Assembly (NCBI RefSeq): GCF_001194135.2
Contig: NC_068981.1
Coordinates: forward strand, 154,732,098 to 154,796,097
Reading direction: 5' to 3'
Origin: Octopus bimaculoides
Taxonomy: Eukaryota
Length of the DNA: 64,000 bases
This document shows positions 40,753 to 52,921 of this stretch, one piece after another. A model generated the notes under the pieces. It searched no databases, was not told where the DNA came from, and worked only from the letters and a program-made list of their open reading frames with translations. The translations under genes and the position numbers were made by a program. Every line of letters starts with the position of its first letter. Position 1 is the first letter of the stretch.

Positions 40753-40937
40753 ATATATATATATATCATCATTTGCATGTATCAGTTTCCATCAATTAAA
40801 TTTACTCACAAGACTTTGGCTGGTCTGGGGCAATAGAAGAAACCACTTGCCCCAAGGAGCTACACAGTGGGACTGAATCTGAGACCACATGGTTAGGAAA
40901 CAAGCTTCTCAACCACACAACAGCACTTGTAGCTTAT

Positions 40938-40981
<44 letters not shown>

Positions 40982-42075
40982 TTAGTGGGAGAGAACAATT
41001 GATTGTTGAGGATGTGAGATTATCTCCTCTTCTCATTGGAAGTTGATTGCAATTACCCACCAGGTGTTTTGTTTGTTTATTTCTCAAAGCAAAGATCCTT
41101 TCAATAAATTGAAAATTTACCTTGTATAATGCCATTGGGCTACTATAAGTTATGTTTTTTTAGCTACTTTATATTATATACATTCATCATACAAACATAT
41201 GTATATACATGTGTGTGTGTGTATACAAATAGACACACTCGCATACAACTACACACATCAGGAAATGTGTTAATTATGAAAACACTTCTAATACACTATT
41301 ATTATTAATACATGTGCTAGTACTGAGAATATTTTAAACATGATCCTGTGTTAAAAAGGTGTAGACTTGAGGTGAAAGGAAACAAATCAGATGTTAAGAG
41401 TGAAGTTAATAGTAGTGGCTTTAAGAACAGTGTTACAAAAGTTAGAACAGCTAATTGAAACAATATCAGTTAACTGTAACAACAACATTATTGATGTTTT
41501 TTTGACTAGGCAAAAGGCCAATTTTCCTTTAACAGAGTAGATACAGTCAATTGAATCAACCTAGTACATTATTGGCACTTATTTCACAAACCCTGGTGGG
41601 ATTTGAAAAGTAAAATCAATCCTAACAGGATTTGAACTTGGCACAGCAAGGTACAAAACTTAAACAGATAAAATATCTGGTCAGGTGATCTAGATCTACT
41701 CTTTCAATAATTTCCATTCTCTTCTTTACTTGTTTCAGTCATCAGAGTCTGGCTATGCTGGAGCAAGTCAACCCCAGTACTTATATTTTTAATCTGGTAC
41801 TTATTCCATCAATAACTTTTGCTGAACTACTAAGTTATGGTGAAATAAACAAGCAGTGGTGGATGATAAATAGAAATGCACATACATACATACATATACA
41901 TATATACATATATATACATATACACATATATATGCACACACACATATATATGCACACACACATATATACATATATATATATTTATAGATACATACGAGAA
42001 GACCTGGCAAGCCAAGTGAGACCATAATCTGAGGCCTCTGCCAGGGGTGTAGCCAGCCCACTTATGCATACCTTT

Positions 42076-42269
42076 CCTTCATTGGACACTAAACTCTGCT
42101 TGCGAACACCTGTCGAGGCAAGTGAAATCGAAATCGAACCAAATTCGACAGCTGGCACCCATGCCAACCTCTCCTTCATTGGACACTAAACTCGGCTTGC
42201 GAAGACCTGTTGGGGCAAGTGAAATCGAAATCGTGATTGAACCAAATTTGATGACTGGCACCTGTGCCA
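42076..42269. repeat. Two tandem 97-bp-period units running into an assembly gap
   Basis: ccttcattggacactaaact...gcaagtgaaatcgaaatcg repeated at 42076 and 42173. Confidence 0.85.
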
Positions 42270-43221
42270 NNNNNNNNNNNNNNNNNNNNNNNNNNNNNNN
42301 NNNNNNNNNNNNNNNNNNNNNNNNNNNNNNNNNNNNNNNNNNNNNNNNNNNNNNNNNNNNNNNNNNNNNNNNNNNNNNNNNNNNNNNNNNNNNNNNNNNN
42401 NNNNNNNNNNNNNNNNNNNNNNNNNNNNNNNNNNNNNNNNNNNNNNNNNNNNNNNNNNNNNNNNNNNNNNNNNNNNNNNNNNNNNNNNNNNNNNNNNNNN
42501 NNNNNNNNNNNNNNNNNNNNNNNNNNNNNNNNNNNNNNNNNNNNNNNNNNNNNNNNNNNNNNNNNNNNNNNNNNNNNNNNNNNNNNNNNNNNNNNNNNNN
42601 NNNNNNNNNNNNNNNNNNNNNNNNNNNNNNNNNNNNNNNNNNNNNNNNNNNNNNNNNNNNNNNNNNNNNNNNNNNNNNNNNNNNNNNNNNNNNNNNNNNN
42701 NNNNNNNNNNNNNNNNNNNNNNNNNNNNNNNNNNNNNNNNNNNNNNNNNNNNNNNNNNNNNNNNNNNNNNNNNNNNNNNNNNNNNNNNNNNNNNNNNNNN
42801 NNNNNNNNNNNNNNNNNNNNNNNNNNNNNNNNNNNNNNNNNNNNNNNNNNNNNNNNNNNNNNNNNNNNNNNNNNNNNNNNNNNNNNNNNNNNNNNNNNNN
42901 NNNNNNNNNNNNNNNNNNNNNNNNNNNNNNNNNNNNNNNNNNNNNNNNNNNNNNNNNNNNNNNNNNNNNNNNNNNNNNNNNNNNNNNNNNNNNNNNNNNN
43001 NNNNNNNNNNNNNNNNNNNNNNNNNNNNNNNNNNNNNNNNNNNNNNNNNNNNNNNNNNNNNNNNNNNNNNNNNNNNNNNNNNNNNNNNNNNNNNNNNNNN
43101 NNNNNNNNNNNNNNNNNNNNNNNNNNNNNNNNNNNNNNNNNNNNNNNNNNNNNNNNNNNNNNNNNNNNNNNNNNNNNNNNNNNNNNNNNNNNNNNNNNNN
43201 NNNNNNNNNNNNNNNNNNNNN
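42270..43221. other. Assembly gap (others at 5099-5702, 7946-7955, 13223-13232, 13943-14139, 26024-26117, 28368-28377, 33009-33222)
   Basis: N runs, mostly bordered by (TA)n, (GA)n, (CA)n or (AAT)n microsatellites. Confidence 1.
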
Positions 43222-43284
43222 TATACTTGAGTATATATAAATTTAAAGAATGGAGTAAACGCATATTATAACTGCATACTTTTA

Positions 43285-43368
43285 TTCCGACATATCTTTC
43301 GAAGAATTACAATTTATGTGATCCATAGGAATCGGCGATGTTAAAAATGTAAACTTCTCCTCAGGGAA
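43285..43368 (-). ncRNA. Minimal type I hammerhead ribozyme-like motif in a 188-bp terminally redundant unit
   Basis: TTCC-CTGAGGA-GAAG(t)TTACA...TGTAA(tt)CTTC-GAAA-G ATAT GTC-GGAA. Stem I is 4 bp perfect, stem II starts G-C, GUC triplet, palindromic ATAT loop. G replaces the expected C after GAAA. Confidence 0.6.
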
Positions 43369-43484
43369 AAGTATGGGAACCAGCTTAAACATAAGACATT
43401 ATAATCGAATATACTTGAGTATATATATAAAAGTCCACAGTCAAATTGTCCAACCCAAGCTAGCATGGAAGGTGGACGTTAAAC

Positions 43485-43526
<42 letters not shown>

Positions 43527-44187
43527 ATATATATAAAGGTTATATTTCTAATGACTGATTTTTTGCTTGGAGAAACATCACCAGTATTTTTTGAAATGGT
43601 AAGGCATACAATGAACAGAATCAACCTTGGTATATTATTGCAATTTATTATGTTCCCTTCAAAATCATAAGCAGCTTCCTGCAGAAAAGGGGGGGAAAAT
43701 CCTCCCATTTTCACTCTCAGAACCGGACTTTCTGGTACCAATGAGTAATTCTCTAACTTTGTTCCTTCTCATCCTCTCCTGTCTTTTCACTGTTGTTATA
43801 GTGATTCCTCTTTTCCATCCATTTTTAGTTTTAATTCAATTTATTTTTAGTCAGTTTTTTAATATTTTAACTTTAACATTTTTATTTTATTTCCATTGAA
43901 GCCCCAGTATTCTAGCCCTGGCTACCTATTTGATTAATTTCTTTTGTATTGCATTTTGTTAATAACAGCACTATTGGTTACAAGTTTCCAGTCACTGGTT
44001 TACTTTATATGTGATGGTGGCAAGAGTGATAAGGGATTGTCTGTACAACTCAAGCAGAACACATATTAAAATGGAATTTCATTGAAAAGAATTGGCTTAT
44101 CAGTTTCCTTGCTGATGCTCATATGATGCTGCCACCAATATACATTGCCAAAAGCTATAAATACACATGTGTGTGTGTGTGTGTGTG

Positions 44188-44244
<57 letters not shown>

Positions 44245-46400
44245 AGGAGGGAGAGAGAGAAGGAGGGAGAGAGAGAATATCTATACTTATATTTATCCTC
44301 ATTTAACATCTATCTCATGCTGACATGCATTAAACAGTTCCACAACATTCAACAAGCAAAGGACTGCATTGAATTCCAATGTTTGCATTGGCAAGGCTTC
44401 TATAGCTGGATGCCCTTCCTAAAAGCAACTGTTTGACAGGAGTGTACTGGGTAGTATTTTTGTGACACCACTACAAGTAATATTACAAAGTAATTTGCAT
44501 GACAAGGTCCTTCAAACCAAGTGAGAGTATAGTATTGAGGGAGGTCAAAATATGATAGAAGGATAGGAACAGGTGTCTTGCTAAAGAGGAGATACAGTTG
44601 TTCATTCAGGCATAGGTAAGAACAGACTTGTGGCACTTTTTCTACAACCAGATTTTTTCCCTGCTGTCAATCTTTAACCTGCTTTCCTCACCCATCAAAA
44701 ATTGAGTGAGACATTTTGCCCACTAGACACTGTAAAAAAGACATTGTTTTTACTCAGGTAATATTGAGGACATCTGGAATGACAAATATTCACACACACA
44801 CACACACACGTGCGCGATGAGCTTTTTCTCAATTTCTCTCTACCAATTCCAAGGCCCTAATAGAATACAATTGCCCAAAGTGACACACATTGAGAGTGAG
44901 ACCCAGAACATGTGACTGCAAAACAAACTTTATAACCCCACAACCGTGCCTGCACCTCTGATGTTATTGTGACTACATACAACAGTATGGTTGCCAGTGG
45001 CATTTTTTTTTTTATATCTTCAGTATTTGGCAAATAGCACAATTGTGAAATCGCTTCACAAGTAATATGGAAGCTAATAAAAAACATGGGTATGAGGTCA
45101 TTGTTAAGCCCAGTATTTGATTGATTCTTATTTTATTTATTCTGCAAGGATAACAGCAAAGACGACCTAAGCAGGATTTGAACAGAGAACATAGAGAAGT
45201 GTAAGTAAATACTATGTTGTTGCATGTTCTACTAATTCACTGCCTTCCTATACTGCTAAATATTACTAACTATAACAGCTTTAGTAAAGTGTAAGTTGAA
45301 ATTAAGCTAATGTCTTTCATTCACAATTCAATACCCAAGAAACATTATGCTGAAATATGTAGGCAAAGTACATTGACTCCATTTGTAACATTTCAGTTTA
45401 TAATCACTCAAGAAACTCCATTTCATGGTTGGATAACAGGAATTAGGAATGTCATCCAGCCATAAGAATTAGTAGTAATTCATGCAAAATGCCATAATTT
45501 CCGATGCTTATAATTGGAAAGTGCACATAATTTTTTCTCCTTTTTTTTTAACAGAAAAGAAAAACAGAAAATTGTAACAACTATTCAGAAATGAGAAAAT
45601 TTGTTAATTTTTTTTCATTTTTCCTAGTGTTTGCTATTTTAATATTTTAACATTCTTTAAAACAAAATCCATATTAGTGTGTGAACCTCTAGCTAACAAA
45701 AGAACTTGTAAGTGGTTGTTTGATCTGCTAGGATTAGACGGAAAATTCCTTCAAAGTTCACTCTATCATCTTTGAAATAAATAAAGGTACTGGAGAAAGT
45801 AATCTTGAATATAATAATTCTAGAAGAGACAGGCTGGATGGTCACAGTTTGAATGCCAGTCCAATACACAGGAACAAAACCAAACAGTAACTACTTTGCA
45901 CCAGACAGATTTCAAATCTTTAAAAGATTTTTCATTATGATACTGACACAAACATAATCTAACAGCACTATTTATCAAGACTTCACATAAATACATCACA
46001 TTTCAGAATTCGTAACAACAACATCAATAATAAAAGTAGTGTGTAGCCCTTTTATCTCCTTTCTCAAAACTACAGCTCTCTAGAGAACACATTTTAAAAA
46101 GTTCAAGCACTTCATAGACAAAAGTAATCCGTGTAAACAACATAAAAATTCAAAAAATAGTGAAATACAATACAAGCAGCCTATAAGACAACTTTATGAA
46201 ACTAAAAGATGTTATCATCACACATGACATTCATTTTGTGTCAGAACAGAAAATACTTCTGCAACTACAAATGCAGAATTCAAATTCCTAATTATTATCC
46301 AATAAGCTGTGATACAGTAAATACAGGAGGAGGCCTCATAATGAAAGACATAATATATAAACCAACACACTAGGAAAGTAAGAATGCAAAGCATATTAAT

Positions 46401-46489
<89 letters not shown>

Positions 46490-46744
46490 TACACACACAC
46501 ACATATAGCACACACATACATGAAGGCGCATGAACTAGTGATTAGGGTGTTAAAATCACCTGATTATGGGTTCAATTCCCAGGGCGAGTGGTGCATTGTG
46601 TTCTTGAGCAAAACACTTCATTATGTATGTATGTATTATGTATGTTGACTACTCATGAGCTCTTCTGCCCTTTGACAGGTCTTATTTTTCATCCCGACCA
46701 TGCAACAGGTTGTACTGGATTACATGTTACCAGTAGCACTCAAG

Positions 46745-47182
46745 AGTGACCTCATTCTTTCATCTACCTTGGAAGCTCTGTACAAAACGATGGAAATCTG
46801 GACACAGAAATACATCTGTGAGTTCAAAGGGCAGCACAAGCATTTGGTGGTTTAGAGTTACGCATTTGGTGCTAACAACATCTAAATAACAACACAAAAT
46901 TGGCTCTTTACAAACCATTTGTCTTGCTATCCCTGTTGTATTCTTCTGAAACATGAACATGTTATGAAAGACATTTCAAATTGTTAGAACAATTCCTCCA
47001 AAAATGCCTTCATCACATTTTAAACATTAAATGGAGTTCTTTTACTCTAAATACAAATGTACTTGCATCTGCAGGCATTACTTCCAGTAAAACAATGATT
47101 CTGAAAAACCAAATGAGATAGTGTAGCCATATTGTTCGAATGGCAGATGAACACACACCCAAACAACTGTTTTATGATGAGC
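46745..47182 (+). mobile_element. Decayed RTE-clade LINE, RT C-terminal part
   Basis: IYLGSSVQNDGNLDTEIHL*VQRAAQAFGGL...TKLALYKPFVLLSLLYSSET*TCYERHFKLLEQFLQKCLHHILNIKW...MILKNQMR*CSHIVRMADEHTPKQLFYDEL. Confidence 0.9.
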
Positions 47183-47318
47183 TTGTTTTACTGGAAGTAA
47201 TGCCTGCAGATGCAAGTACATTTGTATTTAGAGTAAAAGAACTCCATTTAATGTTTAAAATGTGATGAAGGCATTTTTGGAGGAATTGTTCTAACAATTT
47301 GAAATGTCTTTCATAACA
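46960..47318. repeat. Perfect 136-bp inverted repeat (46960-47095 / 47183-47318), 87-bp spacer
   Basis: Base-by-base comparison shows the two arms are identical reverse complements. Confidence 0.97.
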
Positions 47319-48687
47319 GTTGTTGTTTAGTTTCATGTCAACCGTTATTGGGCGGATTTATGATCAAAGCATTCCAGCCATGACCATCATGCCATTTTTT
47401 TTGGTTTGTTTTTCAGGAGTGGTGAACACAGGATTATATTGTATTCTTGTCTTTAATTTGGTAGGATATGATTTGAAAGAGATTTAGCTGCTAAAACTAG
47501 CAGATCAAATAACTGCATAGAAGCTCCTACAAAGGTAGACAAGTAGAGTGAATGTCTTGCTAAAGGATATAATGCAGTCTTTGAGTTCAGTATTTTAACC
47601 ACTCAGTAGCATTTGTTCAGGAACATACACTGTTACATTTATTTTAAAACATGTGGAGATCATAACTGAAGTACAGCTCTGTCAAAAAACATTTGGTTGC
47701 TTATACTTTCTAGTAAAATTTAACAGATATAAATTATAAAAAAAACAAAAAAAAATTGCTATTGAAAAACAAAATGGTTCATATTTTGTCATTAAAAAAA
47801 CGCTTTCAGTGCTTCTTTTAAAATATGAAGTATGTTTATTTACACAAAGAATTTCAAGAATGATTAAAAAAGAAAAGAAAATCGAGAGGTGAATTGTGTA
47901 TATCCTCATTACTTGACACTAATAGCTTCCTTTTTGTTTCTGAAGTTGAAAATGAAAGTTAATTAATATTCAGAAATAGACAATTGAATAATATTGATTT
48001 CTTACATAGGCACAATGTCTCTCATTTGTAGAATGAGTACAGAGATTGTATTATGTTCCTTGTATTAACATACACAAATTAAAGTAGGTATCTATATTCA
48101 ATGGACAACAACAATATGCAAACACTACAAAAGAGGGCAAACAATAAATAGTACATTCACCAAAATAACTGTCATGTGAAAGATACTGTAACAAACTCTG
48201 AAACTTTTTTTGTGAAAAATAATAGAAAAATTTGAGAAAACTATCCAGACAGGATTAGGGAAGAAAATAATGTGTCTTCATTCAGTCTCCGGATTTGAGA
48301 AGAAAATAATGTCTTTTCATCTGTCCAAATATTGCAAATATATCCAAATATTGCTATAAGACACAAAAAACATTAAGAATCTACTGATAGAGGTGAAACA
48401 TGTGGAAGATACAGATAGAAACTATTCTAATATTAAAAGAAACATTAAGAATAGTCAAAGAGAAAACAGGGAAAAAAAGAGAAAGAAAACATTTACACAT
48501 TACAATAAATAGCATAACAAGACAGCATCTATTCCACACAGGGCCATTAACATAGATTGAATGTATCAAGCACACTGATGCGAAACAATGTCACATGTAC
48601 CTAAGATAGAAACAGATGAATGAGTTGCAGAAGAAAGCTGTACTGAAAAGTGAGATAGTAGTAGCAGTAGTAGTAACAATAATGATA

Positions 48688-49968
48688 ATTCTTTCTAACT
48701 TTGGCACAAGGAATGCAATTTTGAGAGGTCAGGGGAAATCAATTACATTGTCTCCAGTGTTCAACTGGTACTTTATTTTATGGACCCTGAAAGGAAGAAA
48801 GCAAAGTTAACCTCAGTGGGATATGAGCTATAAGTATAACAAATCGAATGAAGTGCCATAAGCATTTTGTCTGATGTGCTCATGATTCTTCCAGCTCAGT
48901 GCCTTAATAACAATAAAAATAATGATAATAATAATACTAACCTTTTCTACTACAGGCACAAGGCCTGAAATCTGGGGCAGGGATATAGTTGATTACACTG
49001 ACCCCAGTACTCAACTGGTACTTATTTTATCATCTCCAAAAGGATGAAGGGCAAAGTCAACCTCAGTGGAATTTAAACTCAGAACGTAAAGATGGACGAA
49101 ATGCTGCTATGCATTTTGCCCGATATGCTAACAATTCTGCCATTTCACCACCTTAATGATAATAATACTAATCTTTTCTATTAAGGGCACAAGGCCTGAA
49201 ATTTTGGGGAAGGGGACTAGTCGATTACATCGACCCCTGTGCTTAATTCACTGGTGCTTAATTTATTGAACCTGAAAGGATGAAAGGCAAAGTTGACTTC
49301 AGTGGAATTTGAACTCAAAAGATAGCAGCAGATGAAATACCACTAAGCATTTCACCTGGAGTGCTTACGATTCTGCCAGCTCGCTGCCTAAAATAATAAT
49401 AATGATAAATACTAATAATAATAATAATAATAATAATGATGATGATGATAATAATCCTGTCTACTATAGGCACAAGCTTGAAATTTTGGAGGAGAGGGCT
49501 AATTGATTACATCAACCCCAGAGCTACACTGGTACTTATTTAAAGGACCCTGAAAGGATGAAAGGTAAAGTTGACTTAAGTGGCATTTGAATTCAGAATG
49601 CAAAAAGCGAAAAGAAATACCACTAAGCATTTTATCAGACATGCTAATGATTCTGCTAACTCACTACCTTTTAATGATAATGATATTAATGATTTCAAAT
49701 TTTGCCACAAAGCCAGCAATTTTAGTAGTAGGAGCTAAGTCAGTTACATCAGCCTTAGTGCTCAACTGGAACTTATTTGATCAAACCCGAAAGGATGAAA
49801 GACAAATTTGACCCTGTCTGCATTTGAACCCAGAATGGATTAAATACTGCTAAGCATTTTGCCCAGTGTGCTAACAATTCTGCCATTTTGCTGCCTTAAA
49901 TAATAATAATAATAATAATAATGGTTTCAAATTTTGCCACAAGGGCAGCAATTTAGGAGGAGGGGATG
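48688..49968 (-). mobile_element. Head-to-tail array of five full and one partial tRNA-derived SINEs of family B, separated by (AAT)n
   Basis: Repeated aggcacaaggcctgaaatt...gaccccagt...ggtacttatttta...ggatgaaaggcaaagt...tttgaactcaga...ctaagcattt...gattctgcc units. Confidence 0.9.
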
Positions 49969-49971
49969 AGA

Positions 49972-50003
<32 letters not shown>

Positions 50004-50008
<5 letters not shown>

Positions 50009-50184
50009 AGCTCCAATTATATCATCCTAACGGAGTATTGCGCTCAAACAATATTAGCATAAACTGTGGCATTTTCCAAGGTGACTCTCTTTCACCACTA
50101 ATTTTCTGCATAGCACTAATACCACTCTCAAGTGAACTGAATAGAACAGGGTATGGCTACAAAATTGACAACAGGAAAATAAGC
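50004..50184 (+). mobile_element. R4/Dong-like non-LTR reverse transcriptase fragment abutting an (AAT)n tract
   Basis: INCGIFQGDSLSPLIFCIALIPLSSELNRTGYGYKI matches the RT domain 4 motif GIFQGDSLSPL of RLE-clade elements. Homology stops before the YMDD motif. Confidence 0.8.
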
Positions 50185-50331
50185 AACAATGTAACCTTCA
50201 TGTAATTAAGGTATTCTCAGCCTGATGATTAGCTAAGTTGAGCACTCCTCATTGAATAATTATTACATCAGTGGATCAGCTAGCTAAGAAACATATGTAG
50301 CTTAGATTTTACCTGTTCCACTCCCTCAATT

Positions 50332-50401
<70 letters not shown>

Positions 50402-50411
<10 letters not shown>

Positions 50412-50584
50412 AGCACTCCGTCGCTTACGACGTTGAGGGTTCTAGTTGATCCGATCAACGGAACTGCCTGCTCATGAAATTAACGTGCAAGTGGCTGAGC
50501 ACTCCACAGACATGTGTACCTTTAACATAGTTCTCGGGGATATTCAGCGTGACACAGTGTGACAAGGCTGGCTCTTTGAATTAC
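50402..50584 (-). mobile_element. 3' part of another SINE family ending in (AAC)n
   Basis: Reverse complement resembles 35290-35395(+), which follows a tRNA-like/CORE-like head at 35135-35240. Confidence 0.65.
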
Positions 50585-52144
50585 ATATATATAGCAAATG
50601 AAAGACAGAAGATGGAATATACAAGAATTTATTATTAATCATGACAATTGTTTCGACACATCTAGCATCGATTCCTCTTGGATGGGACACTCAACAACTG
50701 GTTCAGGAGCATCTGGTGGTGCAGATGTATCTCATCAGGTGATAAATAGATAAAACTTGTTAAAATGACTGTTCCACAATATAACTTTCCGTTTTGTAGA
50801 GAGAAAAGCAGCCAGATGGAGGAAATATCTTCATTTATGTAGAAGATCAAAAATAAAATCACAGATGAAAAAAAGAGAAATCAACACGCAACCCAGCGAG
50901 AAAAGTATATATATATTTTGTGTGTGTGTATATAACTGTAATAGTCATAAATGAATGTTACTGTCATGCAAGCAGTTTCCTTACTTTCCCATTTTCCATG
51001 GAAGCATGTCTAGTCATAGGAAATATTACCTTACTTGGAAACAGATGAGAGTTGGCAACAGGAAGGGCATCCAACTGTAGGAAATCCACCTCAATAAATT
51101 CCATCAGACCCGTGGAAATGTGGATCTTAAAAGATGATGATGATAATGATGAGTACATGGCTTAAATTATACAGCAAACAGAAAGTATGACTGTGTAATG
51201 TTTGTGACTTTCTCAGGGACATGACAACAATAAAAGTACATTTTTCTTTTTATTTCTATTTAAGAAAACCTAGAGTAAGTACTGTTCCAGGCCAAGTGAA
51301 CCAATTCATAATATATGTCATCCAAGGTCGAGCATTACTTATTTACAAATGTCCTTCATTTATTCCTCAATCACCACCTCTCCAGGGAGATAATTTGGAA
51401 TTAATGAAGAAAACGTGCAAGAAAGAAGAAATATAAAGCGAGAGAAAAATGTTAATAATAAAAAGGAAAAACAAAATAGAAGTATAAATGAAAAGCTGAT
51501 GCAGAACAGGCTGGAAGAAGACAGGATACAGTTATTTGTAAAGTTCTTCTTGGCATGCTGCCAAAAAAAGAAGTGAACTTAAGAAAGATAATACAAATCC
51601 AAATAACAAAGAAAAAACAACTTATAAACTTCTACATAGTAGGTCAAATATATACAGATATGTCAGCAGTAAACATAATAACAAAAATGACCAACTTATA
51701 AGCTTTTAATGTTTTGGAAGTGTTCGGGGTTTTCAGTTTTCAGCTGGGTAAATAATACTGAGAATCAACACTTAGTTAATCAATTCCTTCCTTGTACTTC
51801 AAAACATGTAATATGTCTGCACTTAAAACTTACTTCAACAAAGCTAGTTTCCTCTTCACTAAAAATTAATAATAGAATCCAGTCAGCAAATAACCGAATT
51901 TTGTTAAATTATGGAAACAATAAAAGCTTACAACATATTTTGAACTCATGGGCCACTTAAAAGGTCAAATGAATGTCTTTTATTTAGGAGTTTTGCAAAT
52001 ATTGATATATGTATTACAAGTCTTTTGAACTTTCCGTTATTACAACAAAAAGTTATAATTTGTAAAAAAATAAGCATGTTGAGAATGATCAGTATCAAAA
52101 AATTTCATTATCCCAAGATTACTATTATTGATGTATAAACTACA

Positions 52145-52178
<34 letters not shown>

Positions 52179-52885
52179 TGTGTGTGTTTCATTAAATACA
52201 TGACATAGTTAAAGTTTTATTTGTTTTTTGTTTCAGACTTTATGTATTTTCTACAGCTAGTTCCTAAATTCATATTCAATGTCTCATTTTCAAGAATTGA
52301 ATAGATTTTGCATTTATGTTTTTCTTTTATATTGTTTAACTTCATACAGACTTTTCTGCCAAAGGCTTTTTGACCATTAGACAACAGCAGTCTCATGTTG
52401 ATGTTAATTTGTTTTGTTGTGGTCAAAGTTTTGGCTATTAGGTTTTCATGCTAGTATTCATGTGTTAATTTTGTAGGTCTGTGTGTTGTTTGCATATTTA
52501 TTTCACTATTGTATTGTGATTATAAATGTTGCTTACTTCCATGATTAGTCTTCTTGGAAATGAGGCTATAAAGGTCTGGATATGTTGACTATGAATTTAG
52601 GAACTTTACTGTTCCAAACTAACTGTAAAAGCATTAAGAAATTACAATGAAAAACTAAAATAAAAAGATGAAACTTGAACTCAGTCATGTATTTAAAGAA
52701 ACACATATAATAGAAAAGCAGTATCCCATACATATATATCATCATCATCATTGTTCTAATATCCACTCTTCCATGTTCATGGACAGAATTTGTTGGGGCA
52801 CATTTTTTAAAGCCAGATGACCCTCCTATCACCAACCCTCACCTATTACCAAATATGTCAATATTGTCAAGGAAAGGATATACTA

Positions 52886-52921
<36 letters not shown>

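Noticed and set aside
48688-49968. Regularly spaced repeats resembling a CRISPR array
   Set aside because: Units are diverged SINEs of about 220 bp separated by microsatellite, in a eukaryotic context with no cas genes.
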